Shown here piece after piece: positions 29,433 through 39,355 of a DNA stretch of 64,000 nt. The stretch is taken from positions 7,515 to 71,514 of the forward strand of contig DLTS01000036.1 in assembly GCA_002501485.1 (NCBI GenBank), written 5' to 3'. Position 1 is the stretch's first letter; each line of letters opens with the position of its first letter. The position numbers and the translations under genes were made by a program. The DNA is from Acidimicrobiaceae bacterium UBA7830. Its GTDB lineage: Bacteria; Actinomycetota; Acidimicrobiia; Acidimicrobiales; Ilumatobacteraceae. Below the pieces are notes generated by a model. It was given only the letters and a program-made list of their open reading frames with translations, had not been told where the DNA came from and did not search any database.

Positions 29433-31433
29433 ATGGACAATCTTCCTCCGCCACCTCCCCCTCCCCCACGGGGTCGCAGCGAGGGCCGATCGAACCCGCC
29501 CCGCAACAGTCAATCGCGCGGTGAGAACCGCCGAAATTCAGGCGACCATTCATCAGACGGCCAAAACGGCCAAGAAAACCAACCGCAATGGCGGCGTTGG
29601 CTTCCCTGGGTCGCTGTTGGTCTCTTTCTTGCTGTCGTCATCTTGCCAGGGATGCTGAACGGTCCCAGCGGACCAGCAATTTCGTACTCAGAATTCATCG
29701 ACGAAGTTCGTAATGGCTCCGTTCAATCGATCGAAATCAATAACGTCACCGGAGAAATCTCGGGCACGCTGACCGATGGTTCATCATTCACTTCCACTGG
29801 AGGCGGCGAACGAGGACTCTCGGACACCGATGAAGAACTGATTCGTTCAACCGGTGTCGTTTACGAGTTCATAACCCCATCATCTAATTGGCTGCTCAAC
29901 CTCGCCGGGTTGCTGCTCCCGGTCATGCTCATCATCGGGTTCTTTATGTGGATGCAACGCCGCGCACAGGGCCAGATGGGCAATGTGATGTCGATCGGTC
30001 GTAGCAAAGCGAAGACGTACTCTTCCGACCAACCGACGACGACATTCACCGATATCGCTGGCTACGACGGGGTTAAGCAAGAAATCACCGAAGTTGTTGA
30101 CTTCCTTCGAATGCCTGAGCGTTTCGCAGAAATTGGTGCCCGGGTTCCAAAGGGCATCCTTCTCGTTGGCCCTCCAGGAACCGGTAAAACCCTGTTCGCC
30201 CGGGCGGTCGCAGGTGAAGCAGGGGTTGGATTCCTTAGCGTAACTGGCTCTGACTTCATGGAAATGTTCGTCGGTGTCGGTGCCAGCCGTGTCCGCGATC
30301 TCTTTCAACAGGCCCGCCGCATGGGGAAAGCAATAATCTTCATCGACGAAATTGACTCGATCGGCCGCAAGCGTGGCGCAGGCCTCGGCGGCGGTCACGA
30401 TGAGCGCGAGCAAACGCTCAACCAGATGCTGTCGGAAATGGACGGTTTCGAGACATCAGAGGGCATTGTCATCATGGCGGCGACCAACCGCCCCGACATC
30501 CTCGATCCGGCGCTTCTCCGCCCCGGGCGATTCGACCGCCAAATTGTCGTGCCGCTCCCCGAATATCAGGAGCGCCTCGAAATTCTTGAAGTGCACAGTC
30601 GAGATAAGCGGATGGGCAACGACGTCGATCTTTCAACAATGGCACGAGCGACTCCAGGAATGGCTGGCGCCGACCTTGCCAACCTCGTCAACGAAGCCGC
30701 TCTCATCGCCGTTCGACGGAGCTCTAATGAGATCGAGCGCATCGACTTCGAAAACGCCCGAGATCGAGTTGTTCTTGGCGCTCGAAGAGAATCGATGATC
30801 CTCAATGCAGAAGAGAAGCGCGCGACCGCTTTTCACGAGGCTGGACATGCGCTTCTCGCAACTGTGCTACCCAATGGAGATCCACTTCACAAGGTGACGA
30901 TTCTGCCTCGGGGAATGGCACTCGGTGTGACGTGGAGCCTCCCTCAGGAACGCCACACCTACTCGAAGGAGTACTTTGAGGACACCATCTGCAAAGCAAT
31001 GGGTGGCCGCGTTGCCGAAATTCTCGTCTTCGGACACCTCAACTCTGGCGCTGCGAACGACCTCGAGCAGGCGACATCAATTGCTCGCCGCATGGTGCGT
31101 GAGTGGGGTATGAGCGACAAGGTCGGCCCGATGGCATGGTCAAGTCAGCAACAGGTCTTTCTCGGCGAAGATCTCATGTCGAACGGCCGTGAATACTCCG
31201 ACGAGACAGCTCGGATGCTTGACGAAGAAATTGCCTCGATCCTGACAAACCAAGAGGATCGGGCACGAACGCTGCTCACCAAGCACGATCGCGGGCTCGA
31301 ACTCGTTGCCGAAGCACTCCTCGAGCACGAGACGATCGACGGGCCGCATGTTGCTGAACTCATTCAGCAAGGTCTGACAGAGTCGGGCACCGACGAACAG
31401 ATTGAAGCGAACGTCCTAGGAAGCCCCGAATAG
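29433..31433 (+). CDS. ftsH: ATP-dependent zinc metalloprotease FtsH with an unusual N-terminal extension
   Basis: [30 protein letters not shown] region, HEAGHA zinc site, two TM spans. ATG 29433 is the only in-frame ATG/GTG/TTG upstream of TM1. Confidence 0.95.
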   Translation: MDNLPPPPPPPPRGRSEGRSNPPRNSQSRGENRRNSGDHSSDGQNGQENQPQWRRWLPWVAVGLFLAVVILPGMLNGPSGPAISYSEFIDEVRNGSVQSIEINNVTGEISGTLTDGSSFTSTGGGERGLSDTDEELIRSTGVVYEFITPSSNWLLNLAGLLLPVMLIIGFFMWMQRRAQGQMGNVMSIGRSKAKTYSSDQPTTTFTDIAGYDGVKQEITEVVDFLRMPERFAEIGARVPKGILLVGPPGTGKTLFARAVAGEAGVGFLSVTGSDFMEMFVGVGASRVRDLFQQARRMGKAIIFIDEIDSIGRKRGAGLGGGHDEREQTLNQMLSEMDGFETSEGIVIMAATNRPDILDPALLRPGRFDRQIVVPLPEYQERLEILEVHSRDKRMGNDVDLSTMARATPGMAGADLANLVNEAALIAVRRSSNEIERIDFENARDRVVLGARRESMILNAEEKRATAFHEAGHALLATVLPNGDPLHKVTILPRGMALGVTWSLPQERHTYSKEYFEDTICKAMGGRVAEILVFGHLNSGAANDLEQATSIARRMVREWGMSDKVGPMAWSSQQQVFLGEDLMSNGREYSDETARMLDEEIASILTNQEDRARTLLTKHDRGLELVAEALLEHETIDGPHVAELIQQGLTESGTDEQIEANVLGSPE

Positions 31434-31494
31434 CCCTACCCACTTTGATTCAAGGGCAACAACCAACCTCGAGAAGAGGGTTTGAGCCCATCGC

Positions 31495-31950
31495 TTATTC
31501 TGAAGGGGAACAATTTTCTGGCGACCCAGCTGATCCAGAATCACGAACCTCAGCAAGTCCCGCCCACAAGTCTGTCGCTGTGACCGGTCCAATAAACCCT
31601 CTTCTAACGACGCCGCTCTCGTCAGCAATGACTGCAGTCGGGACCGCATCAATCCCATAACGCTCATGAAGCTCGACATGTTCTAGGTAATCAACGGTGG
31701 TCACCGAGACTGCAGGTGAGGCAAGAACTTTTGCCTTTTCTGCTACATCAGCACAAGTCGAGCAGGTTGACGAAGTGAAAACGACAACTAGCCACTGACC
31801 ACTTGCAGCAGCGAAATCAGCTGGGTCAAGTTGAGCCGGGAATTGCCATGACGGTTGAGTCGGGGAATCGGCGCCTCGTTGATTCTGTTGCCACCTCACG
31901 ACCGCAATGATGACGGCCGCAATGACACACGCGAGCAGAAGTTGAAACAC
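31495..31950 (-). CDS. Membrane-anchored thioredoxin-like protein (TCSTC motif)
   Basis: N-terminal TM (FQLLLACVIAAVIIAVV), then ...WLVVVFTSSTCSTCADV...GIDAVPTAVIAD, which is thioredoxin-fold-like. Confidence 0.6.
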   Translation of the reverse strand: MFQLLLACVIAAVIIAVVRWQQNQRGADSPTQPSWQFPAQLDPADFAAASGQWLVVVFTSSTCSTCADVAEKAKVLASPAVSVTTVDYLEHVELHERYGIDAVPTAVIADESGVVRRGFIGPVTATDLWAGLAEVRDSGSAGSPENCSPSE

Positions 31951-31999
31951 GATGATGTTTTACCATCAGCACACATTGATGCGACTAACGCAGCGCCGT

Positions 32000-33505
32000 T
32001 CAGCAACAGGGCATACCCGAAATTGCCCACGCCGAGGAGAATGCATCTGCGCTCGGCACACGGCGTTCAACCAGAAGACGACCGGTCGATTCCACTGCGA
32101 TCGGGCGACCGAGCACTCCTGTCTCGGTCAGGTCAACGGCAATTCGCGACGCAGCAGGAAGCATCATTTTTATGAAACCGTCTAACGCAACGAGCCCATT
32201 TGAGCCGTAGGTCGATAGCGATACCTCTCGGTCCTCGTCATCGAGATTGACGATGACCAAACCCGACTCAACCTCAACTGAGGGTCCAGCTGCGACGAGC
32301 CACGATGTTGGAGCCAGCCCGTCACGCCGATCCGGAATTCCAGAGGCAATCGATGTCACTTTCACACCGCTGGGGCTCACCCGGGTCAAGGCCCTATCGA
32401 CAACAATTGATCGCCCGTCAAGCGTTGAGAAGACCGCTGAATGGCCACCCTCTGGCAACTCTGCCAACGCTCCAGCGTCAATCACCGCAACGTCGTTTGA
32501 GGCAATTTCCATAATCGATGTGACGGCTTCACCGGCAAGATCTTCTGAGTCGTCGGCCGGGAAAAAAGTCGCAAGGACGGTCACTGCCTCATCGCTCGGG
32601 TTGAGCACCGAGAACCGCTCTCTCGCCTGCGGGCCCTTCACGCCATCAGCAAACCACCATCGATCGGCAAGCAGGGGTGCCGCCATTGATATCGACGTTC
32701 CCCCACGTCGGTCATCGTTAGCGGTCATCGATCGCCCGACCATCAGCGCGCCTCGAACAGCCCGCACAGAAACTCCGACCGATGCCTCACCTCGAGCACC
32801 TCCGCCTTCGACTCCAACATCAATCACCCGAACTGAGTAAGGCTGTACCGGGAGTCCGTTGTATACCGATGGTTCAATAGTGCCCGAGGTTGTGTGAAAT
32901 AAAACATCAACCACGACTTGATCTGCCGAGGGATTCGACAGCAACAGCACCTGTTCTGCAAGATCAACGGTGTAGCCCTCGGCGAGGTACCACTCTGAAG
33001 AAAGATTGATTGAGCACGGGGTTACCGACTGACCGAGGCCTGCCGGTGCCGGATAGAACGCGCGCTGCTCAACTAGCCCGCCACCGCCAAGAATCTCAAC
33101 CGAGGTTGCGACGAACGTCCCCTGCTGCTCCGCATCAACGTCAACCTGCACTCGATCAAATGCAGGCACATCAACGATCTTCGTGCGTGCCGCCACCCTG
33201 TCACTAAGGAACGTCACGCGAGCCGAGGTGGGGCGCCCGCTCGTATTCGTCACAATCACAGCACCACCGACGTCAGTCTCACCAGTTGCGGGCACACCAG
33301 GACAAAACCACGTGCTCTCCAAGATGTCCTCTGAAGGGACATACGGCACCCACACTTCAGGGGCGACATTGAATGACGCAACGCCAACGTCATCTCGGGG
33401 TTGCTGCCCAAGCCACACCAACCCGAGCACTGACAGCAATGTAATGACCAACATTGGGTATCGCCGGTTGAACCGACCGCCCCTTAATTTGATATTCGTG
33501 CTCAC
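32000..33505 (-). CDS. N-terminally anchored extracytoplasmic protein, DUF5719-like
   Basis: 501 aa with a single N-terminal TM. GTGA overlap with the upstream GT2 fusion. The family assignment rests on recalled synteny (large GT2 + DUF5719 pairs in Actinobacteria), not on a search. Confidence 0.5.
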   Translation of the reverse strand: MSTNIKLRGGRFNRRYPMLVITLLSVLGLVWLGQQPRDDVGVASFNVAPEVWVPYVPSEDILESTWFCPGVPATGETDVGGAVIVTNTSGRPTSARVTFLSDRVAARTKIVDVPAFDRVQVDVDAEQQGTFVATSVEILGGGGLVEQRAFYPAPAGLGQSVTPCSINLSSEWYLAEGYTVDLAEQVLLLSNPSADQVVVDVLFHTTSGTIEPSVYNGLPVQPYSVRVIDVGVEGGGARGEASVGVSVRAVRGALMVGRSMTANDDRRGGTSISMAAPLLADRWWFADGVKGPQARERFSVLNPSDEAVTVLATFFPADDSEDLAGEAVTSIMEIASNDVAVIDAGALAELPEGGHSAVFSTLDGRSIVVDRALTRVSPSGVKVTSIASGIPDRRDGLAPTSWLVAAGPSVEVESGLVIVNLDDEDREVSLSTYGSNGLVALDGFIKMMLPAASRIAVDLTETGVLGRPIAVESTGRLLVERRVPSADAFSSAWAISGMPCC

Positions 33506-36500
33506 GACTCCACGGCCTCGTGCTCAGATGGTTCACCGTCTGAGGGTGTGAACGCCATCATCGGAGCCTCGACGGCGAGATCACGCTTGCTCACGCGCCG
33601 CTGAGGTCGCGTCGCCGCAAGAAGAGCTCCAAACCATGCAAGGGCAATGACTCCCTTAATTGCGTACGACACCGTTGAGGCATCATAAGACACAGTGATC
33701 TCGCCCCCGCTCGGGATGTCAAACGCAACGGTCTGGCCAAAACCTGCCCTCGGTATCAAGCCAACTCCGTCGAGAGTCACACGCCATCGCTCGTCGAACA
33801 GGACTCCGAGATGCAACACACCTTCAGACGGAACCGACAACACCTGTGGGCCCTGAGCCATCACAGCATCGACGAATTCCTCTCCACCGTCACCTACCAA
33901 CTCGACCGCAGCGATCCCATCGAGATCAGCGAGTAGCAGACTGCCCGCGCCGGCATTGCGAGAGGCGTTCGCAGCACCACCGGTGAGAAACGCTGCCGGT
34001 GGAATCCACGATCGATTCACAAACGCCTCAATCGTCGGTGGCGACTGGATGACCCCGATATCGAGCTGGGCCGCTAACGCCGGAGAAAGACCATCCGGAG
34101 GACTGACCGGATCATCGATTGTTGAGGCAATGCCGTCAGCGAGCGGGATGGCAACGAAACGGACGCCAAGCGGAGCGAGTAGGCGGCCAACACGAGACGT
34201 CGAGCCTGTCGAAAGAACAGTGAGGGCATCCCTCACAATGCGTGCGTCATCACCCTCGGGGCGCACAAACGCGTCACTAAGTGTTAGGCCTCCCGCATCA
34301 GTGATCACAAATGAAATACCTGGAGCGAACTCATGGCCACGTACGGGTAAAACACGCGGATCACCAACCCAGAGCACTCGGTAAGCGCCGATCGATGAGT
34401 CCGACGGAAACTGTGATGCGACAACACTGGACATCGGGTATGGACTCGCATCCCAATCGCCAGCACCAACCGACAAGACTCCCGGGACAACGCTTACCGC
34501 AATCGCAAGATTTGCGCACAATGCAAGCGGCTGCCTCCATCCAAATGCTCGGTCAAGCACATCAGAACCGAATCCGCTGGCAATCCCTGCTGCAGGCAGT
34601 GTGGCTCCAAAGAGCATCACTACTGAGAGCACAGAGGCGGGCGGAAGATACGCCGTTGCCACCCCCCTTCCTGCAAGCAGTAGTAGTAACAGGCTCATGG
34701 CGACAAGCGATGCGCCCCGTACCGCCCAAGTCAACCTCCACGCCCGAGTGATGAGCAACGCGGTAATGACCGGAACAATGAGTGCTGCGCCGAGAAGACC
34801 AAATCCGCCATCTCCGCCAAATGACATCGCATGACGAGCATCAGCCACTGAAACGCCCGTCAACTCACCGCCTGTTAGCGTGCTCCATCGCCACCCGAGG
34901 CTCGATGGCAGGAGCAACAACCAACTCGTGGAAGCCGCTGCAGCGGCAACGAAAAAACGCGCCACCACAAGTACTGGTGACCTCATCAACCATGAGGAGA
35001 GAGCAAAGAGGACGAGCACCATAACCACGAGAGGAACCACAACTGGAGCGAAAGACCCACCCGCTGCAGTCACCAAGATGATCGCAAAAAGCATCCGGCG
35101 ACGCTTTGCGGCCGAAACCGAGAGCACGCCATCGACAAGGTCTCCATCGACCGTCGACACATCGGCAACAACAATGCCTGCAAATTGCCGAGTGAGGTGC
35201 ACGACCCAAGGCAGCACGGCATACACCGCAAAAGCGGTGGTATCGCCCGCACCCAGAATTGACGGCACGATCGGCCCGGCCGCGTAAATCACCAGCGCAA
35301 CAACCCGAGGCCGCGTCGTCGGATACACACCAGCCAGTCGCTGAAGCCCGAGAAGCCCGAGAAGAACGGCTCCGACTCCAAGCCCCCAGCCAGTGAGTAA
35401 CGAGCCGACGAAGGGTGCAGCGCTCAAAACACCGAGCACGACAACCCCGCCGGCGGTTGCCATCATGAGGCCCACACCTCTGGAATCCCATGGATCCCAC
35501 CAGAGCCGCAATAGTTCGCCGGAGGTTTCTGTGTTTGAGAGCCATCCCCCAACACCGGGCACACCTGAGCGAATGAACTCCCTCGAACCAATGAGTAGCC
35601 CGAGAATAATGAGAAACCAGGCCAGGGCCGGACCGTAAGTTCGTTCGCGCTGCCTGACCACCGGCGTCCCAGCAACCACGACATCGTCATCATCACGAGT
35701 CTTCACAATTGCGGTCAACCTGCTCGTTACCGGGTAGAGCAATGATGAGATCTCTGCTTCGGACAACAACCTCAACTGCCTTAACTGCTTGCGTCGCTCT
35801 CGTATCGACCGAATACGAAATGGCGCAGAAAGTACTGCCGCAAGGCGGCGCGCCGGAGGTCGAGTTGCGCCGAGGAAGATGCCGAGGATGACCTGAAGCA
35901 GTGAGACACCGAAAAGTTGAACGACCCGCACCACCAAGTATTGTGCCGATGCCGTCACCAGCACCATGTCGACCTCGTCGCGTACGACCTGTGATCGGCT
36001 AACGCTCCTCGATGCGACCGCTGCTGTAACACGCTCCTGCGGACGAGCAATCACGGCATCGGGAACGACCATCACTCGAGCACCTGCACAGTGGGCTCGC
36101 CAGCACAATTCGACGTCGGCCGTTCCCGAACTCATCGGCGAAGCGAAACCACCGAGTTCCCGAAAGAGATCTGCTCGCACCAGCATTCCACTTGCGTCAA
36201 CTGCGAGCACGTCGCGCACGCGATCGTGCTGTTCTTGATCTGCCTCATCAAGATTGAAAGGCTCGACCCGTTCACCGAATCGATCAACGGTGATTCCTAC
36301 CGACTGGAGACGATTCGCATCATCAGCATCGACAATCTTCGGCCCCACCACGGCGGCATTCGTTTCCAGCAACTCTGTGACGAGATGGTGAAGCGCACCA
36401 GGCTCAGGAATTGTTCCTGACTCAATCATCCAAAAAAGGCCGTGATCTCCACCGACGATCCCAACGGCCTCATTGGCCACGTCAGTGAGCGTTGATGACG

Positions 36501-36732
36501 TGACTTCGGTGATTACGTCAGGATGACGCGCACCTTGCACTCTTAGCGCCTCGATCTCGCCAATCATGTATCGGTCAGCGGCAATGAGCACGCGAAGAGC
36601 ACCATATGACTGACCATGCAATGCGTTAAGGGAGGCTTCAACGTCATTGATGCTCTCGTTGGCAATGAGCACCGCAACTACGGGTACAAATTCTGCTCCC
36701 TCCACCATGGCGAGACTATCTGTCATGAGCAT
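33502..36732 (-). CDS. Family 2 glycosyltransferase fused to a large polytopic membrane domain
   Basis: GT2-like N-terminus (VPVVAVLIANES..., AVDASGMLVRADLFRELGGF), then about 15 hydrophobic spans and a roughly 300-aa C-terminal region. Start set to ATG 36732 rather than GTG 36798. Confidence 0.75.
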   Translation of the reverse strand: MLMTDSLAMVEGAEFVPVVAVLIANESINDVEASLNALHGQSYGALRVLIAADRYMIGEIEALRVQGARHPDVITEVTSSTLTDVANEAVGIVGGDHGLFWMIESGTIPEPGALHHLVTELLETNAAVVGPKIVDADDANRLQSVGITVDRFGERVEPFNLDEADQEQHDRVRDVLAVDASGMLVRADLFRELGGFASPMSSGTADVELCWRAHCAGARVMVVPDAVIARPQERVTAAVASRSVSRSQVVRDEVDMVLVTASAQYLVVRVVQLFGVSLLQVILGIFLGATRPPARRLAAVLSAPFRIRSIRERRKQLRQLRLLSEAEISSLLYPVTSRLTAIVKTRDDDDVVVAGTPVVRQRERTYGPALAWFLIILGLLIGSREFIRSGVPGVGGWLSNTETSGELLRLWWDPWDSRGVGLMMATAGGVVVLGVLSAAPFVGSLLTGWGLGVGAVLLGLLGLQRLAGVYPTTRPRVVALVIYAAGPIVPSILGAGDTTAFAVYAVLPWVVHLTRQFAGIVVADVSTVDGDLVDGVLSVSAAKRRRMLFAIILVTAAGGSFAPVVVPLVVMVLVLFALSSWLMRSPVLVVARFFVAAAAASTSWLLLLPSSLGWRWSTLTGGELTGVSVADARHAMSFGGDGGFGLLGAALIVPVITALLITRAWRLTWAVRGASLVAMSLLLLLLAGRGVATAYLPPASVLSVVMLFGATLPAAGIASGFGSDVLDRAFGWRQPLALCANLAIAVSVVPGVLSVGAGDWDASPYPMSSVVASQFPSDSSIGAYRVLWVGDPRVLPVRGHEFAPGISFVITDAGGLTLSDAFVRPEGDDARIVRDALTVLSTGSTSRVGRLLAPLGVRFVAIPLADGIASTIDDPVSPPDGLSPALAAQLDIGVIQSPPTIEAFVNRSWIPPAAFLTGGAANASRNAGAGSLLLADLDGIAAVELVGDGGEEFVDAVMAQGPQVLSVPSEGVLHLGVLFDERWRVTLDGVGLIPRAGFGQTVAFDIPSGGEITVSYDASTVSYAIKGVIALAWFGALLAATRPQRRVSKRDLAVEAPMMAFTPSDGEPSEHEAVES

Positions 36733-36776
36733 CGCTGGTCGGTCAGTGCTACCTACAAGAGATAGCGTTTTCCGCC

Positions 36777-38078
36777 GTGACCGACGCCGAATCTTCACTT
36801 ACGTCTCGAGAAACGTTGGTTGACGCTCCACCAAATGGTGGAGCCCTCCCGGAGGGAGCCGTCACGATTGCCATCGGCCTCATCATCGCCGGGGTTGCAA
36901 CGTACGCATTTTTTAGGGTGGGAGCTTCTGCGCTTGGTGGCGACGAGGAGTTTGCCCCGATCGCAGTCCTGTGGTTTGCGATGTTCGCCCTTGCCCCTGG
37001 ATTCTTTCTTCCAATCGAACAAGAACTCGGCCGGGCGCTCGCCCATCGACGAGCTCTTGGCAACGGTGGAGGTCCGGTCGTCGCCAAAATCGCCATCCTC
37101 ACCTTGGTGGTGTCGGTTGTTGTGGTCATCGGACTAGCAATTTCAGCACCGTGGTTGACCAGTTCGTACTTTTCTGGCGACTGGTTGATGTTCGGTGCTC
37201 TCGTTATCGGCTTTCTCTCGTATGCACCTGTTCACCTTTCCCGAGGAATCTGTTCAGGTCAGGGTCGATTTACCCCTTTTGCTGTCGTCGTTGCATCTGA
37301 CGGAGTTATGAAAATCGCCGGCACGATCGCCCTCACCGCTATCGGCATTACCGCTATTGGCGCCTACGCATTCGCTATTGCCGTCGCTCCACTCTTAGCG
37401 GTAGTTGCAATTAGCGTGCGCGGCCACTTACGCACCGATCCTGGTCCCCCAGCGCAATGGCGAGAAATCACCCAAAACTTTGGGTGGCTGCTTCTCGGCA
37501 CTGCATGTGCCGCCGTGTTACTGAACGCAGGGCCGATCGCTGCAAACCTCCTCGCTAGTGATAGTCAGGCCGATGCCGTCACTCGCTTCAGTTACGGAGT
37601 GCTGCTTGCGAGAGTGCCTCTCTTCATGTTCCAAGCGATTCAGGCGAGCCTTTTACCTCGCCTCGCTCGGCTAGCTGCGCAACGCTCATTCGACGAGTTT
37701 CGACGTGGCCTACGCCTACTCGTGCTCGTAGTTACCGGAATCGGCGTTGCCGGAACCATCTACGGAGCTCTACTCGGGCCATGGACACTCAGATTGGTCT
37801 ACAACGCCGACCTCGCCGGCAGCACACTCGCAATGCTTGCCCTCTCCAGCGCCCTCTACATGATGGCGCTCGCAATAAGTCAAGCCGTTCTCGCACTCGA
37901 GGACCATGCATATGTTGCTCTCGGTTGGGTGGTCGCCCTCATCACCTTTGTCCTTGGCACTTGGCTGTCGAGCGACGACGCGTTTCAAAGAATTGAAATT
38001 GGACTTGTTGCATCATCGCTCGCAGCCGTCACCGCCTTCGGGTTACGGCTCAGACTACGCCTCAGCACTCTAAGTTGA
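36777..38078 (+). CDS. Polysaccharide flippase-like (MOP/Wzx superfamily) membrane protein
   Basis: 433 aa, about 12-14 TM spans, sited in a glycan locus. GTG start. Confidence 0.55.
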   Translation: MTDAESSLTSRETLVDAPPNGGALPEGAVTIAIGLIIAGVATYAFFRVGASALGGDEEFAPIAVLWFAMFALAPGFFLPIEQELGRALAHRRALGNGGGPVVAKIAILTLVVSVVVVIGLAISAPWLTSSYFSGDWLMFGALVIGFLSYAPVHLSRGICSGQGRFTPFAVVVASDGVMKIAGTIALTAIGITAIGAYAFAIAVAPLLAVVAISVRGHLRTDPGPPAQWREITQNFGWLLLGTACAAVLLNAGPIAANLLASDSQADAVTRFSYGVLLARVPLFMFQAIQASLLPRLARLAAQRSFDEFRRGLRLLVLVVTGIGVAGTIYGALLGPWTLRLVYNADLAGSTLAMLALSSALYMMALAISQAVLALEDHAYVALGWVVALITFVLGTWLSSDDAFQRIEIGLVASSLAAVTAFGLRLRLRLSTLS

Positions 38079-38089
38079 GCAACAACTGG

Positions 38090-39082
38090 TCAGCCATGCA
38101 GGTGGGCTTTTGCGGCCTCGACCTCAAGGTCGTTCTCAACCATCATCTTCACCAGTTGCGCAAATGACACCTCAGGCTCCCAGCCGAGTACTTCCTTCGC
38201 CTTCGACGCATCGCCGGTGAGTACGTCAACCTCGGCTGGGCGAAGGAATTTCGGATCTTGTCGAACGTATGGTTGCCAATCGTCAATCCCGACTTCAGCG
38301 AACGCAAGATCAAGAAACTCGTGGATTGAATGTGTCTCACCTGTTGCAATAACGAAATCTTCAGCAGTGTCGTGTTGCAGCATGAGCCACATGGCTCGAA
38401 CATAATCACCCGCGTAGCCCCAGTCGCGCTTTGAATCGAGATTGCCAAGAACGATTTCGTCTTGGAGGCCAAGTTTGATGCGGGCTACCCCATTAGTGAT
38501 CTTGCGAGTGACGAATTCGAGACCGCGGCGCGGTCCCTCGTGATTAAAAAGAATGCCCGAGCAAGCAAACATGTCATACGACTCGCGGTAATTCATGGTG
38601 ATGTAATGGCCAAAGACCTTCGCGCACCCGTACGGCGATCGAGGGTGAAATGGGGTCATCTCGGTTTGTGGGGTCTCACGAACCTCTCCGAACATCTCCG
38701 ATGTCGACGCTTGGTAGAAACGGATTGAATTGTTATCCAATCCACCAACCATTCGTATTGCGTCAAGCATACGAAGCACGCCAAGCCCAGAGATATCCGC
38801 CGTGAGTTCTGCGTGTGTGAACGAATATGCCACATAAGAAACGGCGCCAAGGTTGTAAACCTCGTCAGGCTGCGCAACCCCGATGGCCTTGACCAAAGAT
38901 GACAAATCGGCAAGGTCGCCTGAAACGGGTTCCACAAATGGGAACTGCTCAAGCACCCCAGCAATCCGAGGATTATTCTGGCCTTTTACAAGACCAAAGA
39001 CGTCATACCCCTTCGAATTTAGTAATTCGGCAAGATGCTGGCCGTCCTGACCGGTGATTCCGGTAATCAGAGCACGAGGCAT
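38090..39082 (-). CDS. gmd: GDP-mannose 4,6-dehydratase
   Basis: [50 protein letters not shown] 39082 preferred to TTG 39088. Confidence 0.92.
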   Translation of the reverse strand: MPRALITGITGQDGQHLAELLNSKGYDVFGLVKGQNNPRIAGVLEQFPFVEPVSGDLADLSSLVKAIGVAQPDEVYNLGAVSYVAYSFTHAELTADISGLGVLRMLDAIRMVGGLDNNSIRFYQASTSEMFGEVRETPQTEMTPFHPRSPYGCAKVFGHYITMNYRESYDMFACSGILFNHEGPRRGLEFVTRKITNGVARIKLGLQDEIVLGNLDSKRDWGYAGDYVRAMWLMLQHDTAEDFVIATGETHSIHEFLDLAFAEVGIDDWQPYVRQDPKFLRPAEVDVLTGDASKAKEVLGWEPEVSFAQLVKMMVENDLEVEAAKAHLHG

Positions 39083-39226
39083 CTCCAAAACTGTACTCAG
39101 TCTTAACGCAAACTGCGCCGATCACGAAAACTAGCCGCCTACAGCACAAAGTAGGATGGAAATGATGATGAGAACTGAGTTCAACACCGTCTCTTCGCGA
39201 AAGCATCAAATCTACGCGGGCCTAGC

Positions 39227-39267
39227 TGTCAGTAACTCTCTAAGTGCTCTCCGGAGCACAACTGACA
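39227..39267. other. Extended imperfect hairpin in the gmd/cofD divergent spacer
   Basis: TGTCAGT-aactctctaa-GTGCTC-tccg-GAGCAC-a-ACTGACA: an outer 7-bp and an inner 6-bp helix. Confidence 0.35.
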
Positions 39268-39355
39268 TTGGGCTGTGGACATATGTGTTGAACTTTCGCG
39301 TTCGACTTGAGGGTGACGAGATAGTTGAGCCGTACCGGGAGGGTCGCCAGCCGTC

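Noticed and set aside
39089-39355. Expected a whiB-family gene upstream of cofD, by analogy with mycobacterial whiB2-fbiA
   Set aside because: No ORF in either strand of the spacer carries the four-Cys WhiB pattern, so no whiB gene is called in this window.
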